From positions 256,001 through 320,000 of the forward strand of contig CAWJZV010000034.1 in NCBI GenBank assembly GCA_963847445.1: DNA of 64,000 bases, read 5' to 3'. The stretch comes from an uncultured delta proteobacterium (GTDB lineage Bacteria; Desulfobacterota; Binatia; UBA9968). The notes beneath the pieces are model-generated. The model was not told the origin of the DNA. It made no database searches and was given only the letters and a program-made list of their open reading frames with translations. A program made the translations under genes and the position numbers. This document shows positions 29,537 through 39,895 of this stretch, in pieces. Numbering within the stretch: position 1 is the first letter of the stretch; each line of letters starts with the position of its first letter.

Positions 29537-31408
29537 ATGCAACCGGCTTCAGCGACTAAGTTCAGCGTCAACGGCGCCAATTCGTCGCCGCTGATCGCTT
29601 CACTCGAAGAAATTCATGCGAAATACGCCGACAATTTTAGCGGTAAAGTAGCGACCTATATCCCCGAATTGGCCAAAGCTAACCCAAAGCTGTTTGGCAT
29701 CGCGCTGGTTACCGCCGACGGGCAAATCTATCAAGTCGGTGATGCCTGCCATGCGTTCACGATTCAATCGATCTCGAAACCCTTTGTCTATGGCTTGGCG
29801 TTGGAAGATCACGGTGCGGATTACGTTTTGACCAAGGTTGGCGTTGAGCCGACGGGCGAAGCCTTCAATTCCATCGTGTTCGATGAGCGCAATAACCGCC
29901 CGTTCAATCCGATGGTCAATGCCGGAGCCATCGCCACCACCGCTTTGATCAAAGGCGAGAGCGCCGAGCGGCGGCTGGAGCGCGTGCTTAAAAAATTTAC
30001 CGACTTGGCCGATCGTTGCTTAGCGATCGACCATGACGTCTATCTTTCGGAATTCAAGACCGGCCATCGCAACCGCTCCATCGGCTATCTTGAGCTCAGT
30101 GCCGGCATGATCGATGGGCAAGTTGACGAGCATCTCGATTTGTACTTTAAACAGTGCTCGATTTTGGCGAGCGCGCGGGATCTCGCCGTGATGGCAGCGA
30201 CACTGGCCAACGACGGCGTCAATCCGTTGAGCGGCAAACGGGCGCTGCAAGCGGCCTATGTCAAGAACGTTTTGAGCGTGATGCATAGCTGTGGCATGTA
30301 CGATTATACCGGCGAATGGACCTACCGCATCGGTCTGCCGGCTAAGAGCGGTGTGAGCGGTGGCGTCATCGCGGTTCTTCCCGGCCAGTTTGGCATTGGC
30401 ATATTCTCGCCATTACTCGACGATCAAGGCAACAGTTGCCGTGGCATTCAGGTTTGCGAAGAGCTTTCAGCGCGTTTCAAGCTGCACATGTTCGGCGCCC
30501 GCACGACTACCGGGGTTTGCCTGCGCCGGAGTTATCGGGCCGCCACCGTGCGCTCGATCCGCCAAAGGGGCAGTGTCGAGCAGGCGATCCTCGATCGCAA
30601 GGGTCAGGGGATTTGTGTCTATGAACTCCAGGGAAGTCTTTTCTTTGGTGCCTTAGAACAGGTGTTTCGCAAGGTCTCCGCGGAATTGGCAACCCTTGAG
30701 TACCTCATCCTCGACGTTAAGCGAGTGATGGGAATCGATGAATGCGCCTTGACGTTGGTGGTCCAGTTGAATGTCTGGCTGGCGACTCAAGGCAAGAAGC
30801 TCATCTTCGCACATCTCGCGCCGCGCTTCGCCGATACGCTCAAGCGAAGTCCTGATTATGTCTGGACCGATAGAAGCTTTTTCGCCGATACCGACACCGC
30901 TCTGGAATGGTGCGAAAATCGTTTGCTCGCGCAAGAGCAGCCCCGGCCTGTGGCGGAAATTCTTCGCCTGCCGCTCAGCGCGATGAATATTCTTGCCGGT
31001 TTCGCCGCTCAAGAAACCGCTTTGCTCGAAACCATCGTCGAGGAGGTGAACTACGCCCAGGGCGAAACCATCATTCGCGAAAACGATCGTGCTGACGACC
31101 TTTTTCTCCTCGCTGCCGGCACGGTTAGCGTCTACCTTCGACTCACCGATGGCAATCGGCGACGGCGGGTGAGCACGATCACGCCGGGTCTGGCTTTCGG
31201 AGAGCTTGCCTTATTAGACGGTGGCGAGCGCTCCGCCGACGTGATCGCCGACGAGCCGGCGCTGTGTTACGTGCTGCCGATCACCAAGCTCAGGGCGCTC
31301 GCGAGCAAGCATCCGGCGATTGAGACCAAACTTTTTTTCAATATTTGCCGCGAGCTCTCGGTTCGTCTACGGCGCGCGGATGCGGAAATCCGCTCTCTGG
31401 CGGAATAG
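29537..31408 (+). CDS. glsA: Glutaminase A fused to STAS and cyclic-nucleotide-binding domains
   Basis: GKVATYIPELA, FTIQSISK, NPMVNAGA, CGMYD and PAKSGVSGG (glutaminase); ELQGSLFFG (STAS); FGELALLDGGERSADV (cNMP). Confidence 0.93.
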   Translation: MQPASATKFSVNGANSSPLIASLEEIHAKYADNFSGKVATYIPELAKANPKLFGIALVTADGQIYQVGDACHAFTIQSISKPFVYGLALEDHGADYVLTKVGVEPTGEAFNSIVFDERNNRPFNPMVNAGAIATTALIKGESAERRLERVLKKFTDLADRCLAIDHDVYLSEFKTGHRNRSIGYLELSAGMIDGQVDEHLDLYFKQCSILASARDLAVMAATLANDGVNPLSGKRALQAAYVKNVLSVMHSCGMYDYTGEWTYRIGLPAKSGVSGGVIAVLPGQFGIGIFSPLLDDQGNSCRGIQVCEELSARFKLHMFGARTTTGVCLRRSYRAATVRSIRQRGSVEQAILDRKGQGICVYELQGSLFFGALEQVFRKVSAELATLEYLILDVKRVMGIDECALTLVVQLNVWLATQGKKLIFAHLAPRFADTLKRSPDYVWTDRSFFADTDTALEWCENRLLAQEQPRPVAEILRLPLSAMNILAGFAAQETALLETIVEEVNYAQGETIIRENDRADDLFLLAAGTVSVYLRLTDGNRRRRVSTITPGLAFGELALLDGGERSADVIADEPALCYVLPITKLRALASKHPAIETKLFFNICRELSVRLRRADAEIRSLAE

Positions 31409-31561
31409 TACGAGTTCGCCAGGGCAGGATATTGCCGCGCGCACCGATGGCGAGACGCTACTGAAGGCGATCTGGATTACCTGGCTAAAGTGCGCACCGA
31501 GCTGCCGGCGCTACGGCACCGGCGCTTGTAGGGCGCGAATCATCGACGCCTTCATGCGCGG

Positions 31562-32461
31562 TTATCTGAGAGGAACCTTGCCCCACCTCGAATGAAGCCA
31601 GACCCACTGTTCAGGCACCGTCCGAATGGCGCATTCCAGGCGGTCGTTGAACAGGGCGGTCAATGCCGGGATATCGATTTTTGAATCGCCGGTCGGCGTA
31701 TAGTAGACGCGGTTGAAACTCAGTTTGTGCAGTTTCTGGCGGCGATGATGCCAGCAGAAAATCACCGGGGCTCCCGTGCGCAGCGCGATCGCTGCCGGGG
31801 TCGTCGGCGTGAAAGCCGGTCGTCCGAAGAACGGCAAATAATCTCCTGCGGTTCTGGTGTTCTGGTCGATCAAGAAGGCCATCAAACCGTTGCGTCGCAA
31901 AACGCTCAAGATGCTTTTACCCGCGTTCGTCTCGTCGCGCCAGACGATACGCAAGCCATGCGCGGTTCGCCACTTTTGCAGCCAGCGTGTTACGCGGGGA
32001 TCGTAAGACGGCTTGGCGATGGACGCGATCGGATAGCCGGCCGCGGCAATGGCTTGGCCAAGGAGCTCCCAGTTGCCGATATGTCCGGAAATCAGCACCG
32101 CGCCTTTGCCTTCCGCGAGCGTATCATCCAGCACTCGCCGCGCCGCGTCATCCAGTTTAGGCACTGAGCGGTGCAGGCGGGATAGTTCCCAGAGCGATTC
32201 GGCGAAATGAACGAACATGCGCCGGGTGATTATCACCGCGTCGAGCTCGGGTAAAACCGCAGTTAGCTGTGCGCGCGCTCGCCGCGCCGCACTGACAAAA
32301 ATATGCGGTGCCAGACAACCGACCAGGCGCAGAAAACCGCGCAGCGGCAATACTCGGGCGGCGGCAAATCCCAGCCGCATCAAGCCGTAGAGCAAGTCGT
32401 TCTTTACGCGCTGGTGCCAACTCCAGCGGCTGCGCTTTTCTCTCGTCTTTATCACGGTCAA
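31562..32461 (-). CDS. Lipid A lauroyl/lysophospholipid acyltransferase (LpxL/HtrB family)
   Basis: GHIGNWE, LIDQ, PFFG, PEQWVWLHSRW. Confidence 0.92.
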   Translation of the reverse strand: MTVIKTREKRSRWSWHQRVKNDLLYGLMRLGFAAARVLPLRGFLRLVGCLAPHIFVSAARRARAQLTAVLPELDAVIITRRMFVHFAESLWELSRLHRSVPKLDDAARRVLDDTLAEGKGAVLISGHIGNWELLGQAIAAAGYPIASIAKPSYDPRVTRWLQKWRTAHGLRIVWRDETNAGKSILSVLRRNGLMAFLIDQNTRTAGDYLPFFGRPAFTPTTPAAIALRTGAPVIFCWHHRRQKLHKLSFNRVYYTPTGDSKIDIPALTALFNDRLECAIRTVPEQWVWLHSRWGKVPLR

Positions 32462-32600
32462 ACATTAGCACGGCTTAGCCGAACCTCATAACTCATGTAA
32501 GCATGATCAGTTACGACGTAAGAGTGCGTTTCAATGGGCCCTCGTTTTGGATGCCGACGTTGAGGGCAGGGATGGGGCGCAATTGATTGCGCCCCAGGAT

Positions 32601-32858
32601 TCACGGGCCGTGGTACTTGAGGTTCTTGTGAAGTGAAACCGTCGGCACTTCAAACGAAGTCCGCTCAGCCATCCCGTCCCAAACTAACTGCGAAGCGAGA
32701 ATTGGACCGTAAGCGCAAGTCTTCTTCCCGCTCTCCTTATCCGCCGCCGACGTGTTCAAATCCACCGGCGGATTGTTCGCCCGCTGCTTGCCCTTGTGCG
32801 CGTACTGGTCAATCGGCTTTTTCTTTGCGATGCTCGCCGGCTTCTTTGCCTTGGCCAT
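32601..32858 (-). pseudogene. N-terminal remnant of a type III-like site-specific DNA methyltransferase
   Basis: YAHKGKQRANNPPV...QLVWDG.AERTSFEVPTVSLH resembles the N-terminus of Mod-type methyltransferases. The ORF stops after 85 aa. Confidence 0.6.
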
Positions 32859-32991
32859 TTACTCTCCCCAATACAGGTTTAGAGATTCAGCGCTGAAAAT
32901 TGTCCGATCTTACGCGATGCGCTAGCAGCCTTACAAGTCTCGACCTGCGGTTGCGTTGACATCGGGAATGGCACGGCTTAAGACTGACTTG

Positions 32992-33357
32992 ATGCTGGTT
33001 TCTTCGCAGTACCGGGCGGTCGTTCAACTCCTCGCGCTAACGCTTCATACCTTTCTTCTTGGCATTGTTGTCCTCGCTTCGGTTCCCCAGGTCTCGGATC
33101 GAGATGGGGACTATCGACCGGCGCAGGCGAGTCGGCTAGCTGCATTGCACGATCAGATTGACGGCAGGGCGCTCAACCGCGGGGTAAAACCTTATGACAG
33201 CCCGAGCCCTGGGGCGTTCTTTGCGTCGGCTCGTTTCCGTCAGGCTCAGGTCCAACAAGCGGCGCTGTTCGGTTTCCATATAAATGATGGTTTTTATCGC
33301 CAACCTTCGCTGGGGTTTCTGCCGATCCGTTCTCCGCCTTTCCAACTTCCTCTGTAA
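32992..33357 (+). CDS. Putative leader/arrest peptide with N-terminal TM and C-terminal RSPP
   Basis: Hydrophobic N-terminus, low-complexity spacer, ending FLPIRSPPFQLPL*. Confidence 0.5.
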   Translation: MLVSSQYRAVVQLLALTLHTFLLGIVVLASVPQVSDRDGDYRPAQASRLAALHDQIDGRALNRGVKPYDSPSPGAFFASARFRQAQVQQAALFGFHINDGFYRQPSLGFLPIRSPPFQLPL

Positions 33358-33546
33358 CTTTCGAGCAGTTTGATAGCGAACGACTGGTCTGGCCCGCCGA
33401 TGCGTGCGAGCGCGGGACGAGTCGTCGCTCGTGGTGCTGTAATGTGATCGAACATCGCCGCGGTCCGCGCGCGCTATTTCACTCGCGAAGAGGCAAAGCT
33501 CTTCGGGGTGAGATGCCGCCGCGCCGTCGGCGAGATAGGAGTCGAA

Positions 33547-33636
33547 ATGTTAGGGGGATTGTCTACCGATACAATTATCGTAATCGGCTTAATGGCTGCC
33601 GCAGTGCTGTTTATCATTTGGGTGAGAAGACAATAG
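33547..33636 (+). CDS. 29-aa single-pass membrane protein
   Basis: AGGAG RBS, then MLGGLSTDTIIVIGLMAAAVLFIIWVRRQ*. Below the ORF-track cutoff. Confidence 0.6.
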   Translation: MLGGLSTDTIIVIGLMAAAVLFIIWVRRQ

Positions 33637-33868
33637 TGTCTCAGGGGCAGCCTTGCTCTCGCTCCGCAAACTAATTCCGGCATGCCCACGCGCACTGGAG
33701 CTGCGTGTGGGCTCGCCAAAAAAGGCGCGCACATGATTCGCACGCACTCCACTTACAATCAATGTCTGCTGCCAAGCCCACTGGTGAAATTTTTCTGTGG
33801 GCGGGCGCGGCGGTGCCGGCGCTGAAAAATTGCTGATTGCCTAAACGGCGTCTTACGCAGTTTTAATC

Positions 33869-34425
<557 letters not shown>

Positions 34426-34455
34426 TAAGTATCAAGCTAACTTGAGGAGGAGATC

Positions 34456-36064
34456 ATGAAAGTTTTACGGTTTAATTTACAGCGATTTAGCTGCGCGTTG
34501 GCGTTGGGAACGCTGCTAATGACGAGTATTTCGTTGGCGCAGGAAGCACCGGCGCCGGCGGAGGTGAAAGTTGAAGCGGCTCCGGCACCCGCTGCGCCGG
34601 CGGAGACGAAGAAGGAAGACCCCCTGGCCAAGCCGGCACAGTTTACCCAGGGGATGCTCGAGCAAATCGGCGGTGCCAAGGTTGCTTTGGACACCATGTG
34701 GACTTTGATCGCCGGCATGCTGGTATTTTTTATGGGTCTGGGTTTTGCCTCGTTGGAATCGGGATTATGCAGGGCGAAGAATACCGTGACGATTCTCGCG
34801 AAAAACTTCATTGTGTTCGCGGTGGCATCCATCGCCTTTTTGCTTGTCGGCTGGGGTTTGATGTTCGGCGACGGCAATCCATTTTTCGGTACGCAAGGAT
34901 TGTGGTTTGTCGGCGGCGCGGACAACAGTCCGGCGACGGGCGGATGCCTACAAAGGCGTTTATTCCTCGATCAACTGGACGGGCGTGCCGCTGTGGACGA
35001 AGTTTTTCTTCCAACTGGTGTTTGCCGGCACGGCGGCGACAATTGTTTCGGGCGCGGTTGCCGAGCGCATCAAGTTCGGGGCTTTTTACATCTTCAGTTT
35101 TGCAATGGTCGCGCTTATCTATCCGGTCGTGGGGCACTGGATTTGGGGCGGCGGCTGGCTCGCCAAGCTTGGCATGTTCGATTTCGCGGGCTCGACGGTG
35201 GTTCATTCGGTCGGCGGTTGGGCGGCATTGACCGGAGCCATAGTTCTCGGGCCCCGCATTGGCAAATTTAATCGCGACGGAAAGCCCTTGCCGATCCCTG
35301 GCCACAGCATCGCGATGGCGACCATCGGCGTATTCGTGCTCTGGTTCGGTTGGTTCGGATTCAATCCAGGCAGCACCATGGCCGCTGATGCCGGCGCTAT
35401 CGGCCGCATCGCCGTGGCGACTAACACCGCGGCGGCCGCGGCGGCAATCTCCGCCTCGATCACAGCGTGGTTGTTTTTGGGCAAGCCTGATCTGACGATG
35501 ATCTTAAACGGCGCTTTGGCAGGTTTGGTTGCAATCACTGCCCCCTGCGCATTCGTCAGTATCCCAAGTTCGCTCGTCATCGGTCTGTTCTCTGGCGCGT
35601 TGGTTGTGCTCGCGGTGCTCTTTTTCGACAAAATTAAGATTGACGATCCAGTCGGCGCGACCTCCGTGCATTTGGTCTGCGGCGTATTCGGCACCATCTG
35701 TGTCGGTCTATTCGCCCAGGATCAGTTCACTCCAGGTACCACTGGAAACGGTTTGTTCTTCGGTGGGGGCACCAAATTGTTATTTGCGCAGCTTGCGGGC
35801 GTAGTAGGTGTCGGCGGCTTTGTCTTGGTCTCTTCGCTAATCATTTGGAAGATAATTGACGCGACCATCGGTGTCCGGGTATCGGCAGAAGAAGAAATCG
35901 AAGGTTTGGATGTTGGCGAGCACGGCAACATCGCTTACCCGGACTTTGCCTCGACGTCATCCAGTAGTTTTCGATCCCAAATGGGCAGCGGTAGCGGTTC
36001 AGTGGCCCAGTACGAGCCTCAGACGGCTCCGGTCCTCGCTACACAAAGCGGCAGCAAGTCTTAG
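34456..36064 (+). CDS. amtB: Ammonium transporter (frameshifted near 34940)
   Basis: FFQLVFA..IVSGAVAER, DFAGSTVVH, WFGWFGFN, NGALAGLVAIT, DDPVGATSVH. Confidence 0.96.
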
Positions 36065-36091
36065 GATCGCTGCAGGTGCGGCGCAAGTTCG

Positions 36092-36138
36092 ACAGAACCG
36101 GGACGCGCGCCTCGGGTTCGCCATCCCGGTTCTGTCTT
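36092..36138 (+). terminator. GC-rich hairpin between amtB and glnA
   Basis: GACAGAACCGGGA...TCCCGGTTCTGTC inverted repeat with only a short T tail. Confidence 0.5.
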
Positions 36139-36193
36139 AAGTGAAACTGACAACCACCAGGATTGTTAATATAGACAAGGAGTGGAGAAAAAC

Positions 36194-37610
36194 ATGTCCG
36201 TAAAAGACGCCCTAGAGATGGCGAAGAAGAACAAAGTAGAGATCGTCGATTTCAAGTTTATCGACGTGCCCGGGCTGTGGCAGCATTTTTCGATTCCCGC
36301 AACGGATTTCGACGCCGATAAGTTCGAACAAGGGTTGGGCTTTGACGGTTCGAGCATCCGCGGCTTTCAGAGCATCAACGAATCGGACATGATCCTGATC
36401 CCCGATCCCGACACCGCGATGATGGATCCGTTCACCGAACATCCCACCCTAAGCTTTGTCTGTAACGTGTTGGATGCGATCACCCGCCAGCCCTATTCCC
36501 GCGATCCCCGCTATATCACTCAGAAAGCCGAGAAGTATCTAAAGTCCACCGGCTTGGCCGACATCAGCTACTGGGGTCCCGAGATCGAGTTCTTTATCTT
36601 CGACAGCATCCGCTTCGACCAGAACCACCATGAAGGCTACTATCACATCGACTCCAGCGAAGGGTTCTGGAACTCCGGCAACGCCGACGGCCCCAATCTG
36701 GGCAACAAGATTCGTTACAAAGAAGGTTACTACCCGGTTCCGCCGATGGATCAGTATCAAGACCTGCGCTCCCAGATGGTGCTCAACTTAGAGAAATGCG
36801 GCATCAAGATCGAAGTGCATCACCACGAAGTCGCCACCGGCGGCCAGACCGAGATCGACATGCGCTTTGACACCATGACCAAGATGGCCGACAAGGTGCT
36901 GCTGTATAAGTATGTGGTTAAGAACACCGCCAAGCAAAGAGGCAAAGTGGTCACCTGTATGCCCAAGCCGCTGTTTCAGGACAATGGTTCCGGCATGCAC
37001 TGTCACCAGAGCTTGTGGAAGTCGGGGAAGAATATTTTCTACGACAAGAAGGGCTATGGCCTGATCAGCGAGACCGCCAGACACTACATTGGCGGCCTGC
37101 TCAAGCACGCCCACGCGCTGTGCGCCTTCATCGCGCCGACGACCAACTCCTACCGCAGACTGGTGCCCGGCTACGAAGCGCCGATCAACTTGGTCTACTC
37201 GGCGCGAAACCGCAGCGCCTGTGTGCGTATTCCCATGTACTCGACCAGCGAGAAGGCCAAGCGGCTGGAGTTTCGCACTCCTGACCCGAGCGCCAATCCG
37301 TACCTCGCCTTTCCGGCGATGTTGATGGCGGGGTTGGACGGGATTAGAAACAAGATCGAGCCGCCGAAACCGATCGACAAGAACTTGTACGAATTGGAAC
37401 CCGAAGAGGCCGCCAAGGTGAAGTCGATGCCGGGATCGCTGGACCAGGCCCTCGATGCCTTGGAGAAGGATCATGATTTCCTACTCAAGGGCGATGTCTT
37501 CACCAAGGACGTGATCGAGACCTGGCTGGAGTACAAACGCAAGCATGAGGTCGATGCCATCCGGCTTAAGACCCCATCCTTGGGAGTTCGCTCTCTATTT
37601 CGATATCTAA
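36194..37610 (+). CDS. glnA: Type I glutamine synthetase (1-nt insertion near C-terminus)
   Basis: [45 protein letters not shown]. The corrected end reads [13 protein letters not shown]. Confidence 0.97.
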
Positions 37611-37621
37611 AAAATGGCTGG

Positions 37622-37667
37622 GCACAGTGGACTGAGGGACGAAGTCCGCTCAGTCCACTGTGCTTTT
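37622..37667 (+). terminator. Intrinsic terminator after glnA
   Basis: GCACAGTGGACTGAG...CTCAGTCCACTGTGC-TTTT. Confidence 0.75.
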
Positions 37668-37691
37668 GATGGAGTAACTTTTGGGGGACCC

Positions 37692-38438
37692 ATGGGTGAG
37701 GTCGTCGTTTTTCAGCATGACCCATTCGAAGATTTGGGTTTCTTCGCCGAAGTTTTTGAAAAACAGCACGCCGCTTATCGTGTGGTCCGCTTGTTCCACG
37801 GTGAAATGCCAGAGGAGAACTGGGAACAGGTCAAGGCGCTGATCATTCTCGGCGGGCCGATGAACGTCGACGACGAAACCAGGTTGCCGATTCTCCGCTG
37901 GGAAAAGCGCATCATTCGCGCTGCCATCGATGAAGCGGTGCCGGTTCTAGGAATTTGTTTAGGCGCGCAGTTGATTGCCACGACTCTCGGTGCTGCGGTG
38001 TTTCACGGCGCGGTTAAAGAGATCGGCTGGAGTCCGATTTCGATCACGCCCCATGGCCAGGTCGATTCCTTACTCGGCTATCTGCCGGAGAATGCGACGG
38101 TGTTCCAGTGGCATGGCGACGGCTTCGAGCTGCCAGCGGGGGCGATTTTGTTGGCGTCGTCACAGCACTATCGCACCCAGGCATTTCGCCTCGGCAAGAC
38201 TATTTACGGCTTGCAATTTCATCTCGAGGTGACGCCGCGCATGATCGAACGCTGGCTCGATGAGCGTTCCAAAGACCTGGCGCTGTCGCCCTACGTGCAG
38301 CCGGACAAAATCATGGCCGATACGCAAAATTATGCGCCGGCGCTGAAATACTATGGCGAGCGCTTTCTATCCGAGTTTCTCCGGCGCGTCGCTCGCTCGA
38401 AAAGCCGCAAAACGGACGGCGGGATGGTTTCGCTATGA
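37692..38438 (+). CDS. Type 1 glutamine amidotransferase-like protein
   Basis: ILGGPM, GICLGAQ, FQWHGD and QFHLE; the Cys-His-Glu triad is intact. Confidence 0.92.
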   Translation: MGEVVVFQHDPFEDLGFFAEVFEKQHAAYRVVRLFHGEMPEENWEQVKALIILGGPMNVDDETRLPILRWEKRIIRAAIDEAVPVLGICLGAQLIATTLGAAVFHGAVKEIGWSPISITPHGQVDSLLGYLPENATVFQWHGDGFELPAGAILLASSQHYRTQAFRLGKTIYGLQFHLEVTPRMIERWLDERSKDLALSPYVQPDKIMADTQNYAPALKYYGERFLSEFLRRVARSKSRKTDGGMVSL

Positions 38439-39022
38439 AGAAGGTGCTGGTTATCGATGATCATGAACCTTCGCGCCGTCAACTGATTCAAAGTCTGCAC
38501 GGCTGCGGTTATCAGATCGCCGCCGAGGGTTCCAGCGGCAGGGTGGCGTCGGCGCTGGCGCGTGCTTCGGCTGCTGAAGTCATTGTCATGGCCGTGGGCT
38601 TGGTGGATCTCGATGGTATCGACGCGGCGCGAGAGATCATGCAGTCCGACCCGCTGCCGATCGTGCTGGTCACGAGTCATGCCGATCCTTCGACGGTCGC
38701 GCGCGCGACTAATGCTGGCGTGATGAGTTATCTGGTCAAACCCCTGCGCGTCGAAGAGCTCGCGCCGGCGATCGAGCTCGCCGTCAGCCGCTTTCGTGAA
38801 TTTGTTTCCTTGCGCGACGAAGTCTCCACGCTCAAGCTCAATCTCGAAGAACGCAAGTTAATCGAGCGCGCCAAAGGGTTGTTGATGGAGCAGCGTCATC
38901 TTTCCGAAGAGCGCGCCTATTCGTTGATGAAAAAGGCCAGCATGAACATGCGCAAGCCGATGTCGGACATCGCCCAGGCGATCTTACTCGCCGGCGGACT
39001 GCTTACCGAGACCAATCCCTGA
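38435..39022 (+). CDS. ANTAR-domain antiterminator with pseudo-receiver (AmiR/NasT-like)
   Basis: LEERKLIERAKGLLM..LSEERAY..KASM is the ANTAR domain. The receiver has VIVMAV, i.e. Ala where the phospho-Asp lies. Confidence 0.92.
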   Translation: MKKVLVIDDHEPSRRQLIQSLHGCGYQIAAEGSSGRVASALARASAAEVIVMAVGLVDLDGIDAAREIMQSDPLPIVLVTSHADPSTVARATNAGVMSYLVKPLRVEELAPAIELAVSRFREFVSLRDEVSTLKLNLEERKLIERAKGLLMEQRHLSEERAYSLMKKASMNMRKPMSDIAQAILLAGGLLTETNP

Positions 39023-39149
39023 ATTTAACGCTTTTCGCCATTCACCGCAGAAACGCAAAGCTTTCGAGCGGTGTCCAATCTTGACTTCTCTGTGGTGGTT
39101 GCGCCTCCGTGGTGAAACATCTTCTAGTTGCAGCACAGCCGCCTCTGGC

Positions 39150-39264
39150 TGCTTGTTGTTTAGGCATCTCGTGACTGATGAACAGGCGACGATTATTAAC
39201 AGAATATTAAAACGTCATGATATCGCGATGTTTCTGATTGCTGGCAAGTGGCACAGCGGTTGCG
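39150..39264 (+). promoter_or_regulatory. Tandem enhancer boxes and sigma54 promoter
   Basis: TGCTTG-N5-TAGGCA (39150), TGACTG-N5-CAGGCG (39172); TGGCAC-AGCGG-TTGCG (39249-39264). Confidence 0.8.
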
Positions 39265-39278
39265 TTGTCAGGTAAGCG

Positions 39279-39343
39279 AGGGCGAAGTAGCCCTGGGTCG
39301 AGCAAAGGCGCTCACCGGTGAGCCGGTGGAGCGCCTTTTTTTT
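39279..39343 (+). promoter_or_regulatory. ANTAR-target dual-hairpin RNA with overlapping terminator
   Basis: AGGGC-GAAGTA-GCCCT and GAGC-AAAGGC-GCTC hexaloops (purine at 1, G at 4). The second overlaps the terminator AAAGGCGCTCACCGG..CCGGTGGAGCGCC-T8. Confidence 0.85.
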
Positions 39344-39356
39344 GGAGAATAAGAAA

Positions 39357-39551
39357 ATGAACACGAAGAAGTCTGCAACCGACAAGATCTTCGACAACAT
39401 TATTTTCCTGGCCGATGTCTTTGGCGACCTGGCGGACAAGGATATCCCGCCATTGCCGGTGTTGGAGATGGCGCGCTGTTTCGAGCTTGCGCCGGCCTAC
39501 GTCGTTCGCGCCAGCCGGCGCCGGCGGAAAGACTGGCCGCTATGGAATTAG
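39357..39551 (+). CDS. Small hypothetical protein (64 aa)
   Basis: GGAG RBS after the terminator. MNTKKSATDKIFDNIIFLADVF... overlaps the next gene. Confidence 0.6.
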   Translation: MNTKKSATDKIFDNIIFLADVFGDLADKDIPPLPVLEMARCFELAPAYVVRASRRRRKDWPLWN

Positions 39552-39895
39552 CACCGGTGCAATATCGCCTTACCGAAGTGTCGGGTTGGGTGATCGTGAC
39601 GCCTTCGGGGAAGGCTGAAAACAATGAACCGCTGCGGGTGCGCTATTTGTTTCGCCGCTGGCTGACACGCCAGGGAATTCGAGTCATCGTCAACCTGAAG
39701 CAACTCGAGCAGTTCGGCGTGTGGGAAGTGGGCGTGCTGACATCGTTCAAACGCGAAGTCGACCAGCGCGTCGGGATGCTGCGGCTGTGCCACCTCAATC
39801 CGGAACTGAAGGGATATTTTCACGACGATCGGTTCACCGAGCAGTTTGAAATCTTCGATGACCTCGAAGAAGCCATGATGGCAGGAAAGCATTGA
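39542..39895 (+). CDS. STAS domain (anti-sigma-factor antagonist-like) protein
   Basis: IVTPSG, VIVNLKQLEQF, LRLCHLNPEL, FEIFDDLEEA. Confidence 0.8.
   Translation: MELAPVQYRLTEVSGWVIVTPSGKAENNEPLRVRYLFRRWLTRQGIRVIVNLKQLEQFGVWEVGVLTSFKREVDQRVGMLRLCHLNPELKGYFHDDRFTEQFEIFDDLEEAMMAGKH

Noticed and set aside
33476-33515. Hairpin with GCAAAG loop as a c-di-GMP riboswitch or ANTAR site
   Set aside because: It lacks the second stem and conserved junction of the c-di-GMP-I aptamer, and it lacks G at loop position 4.
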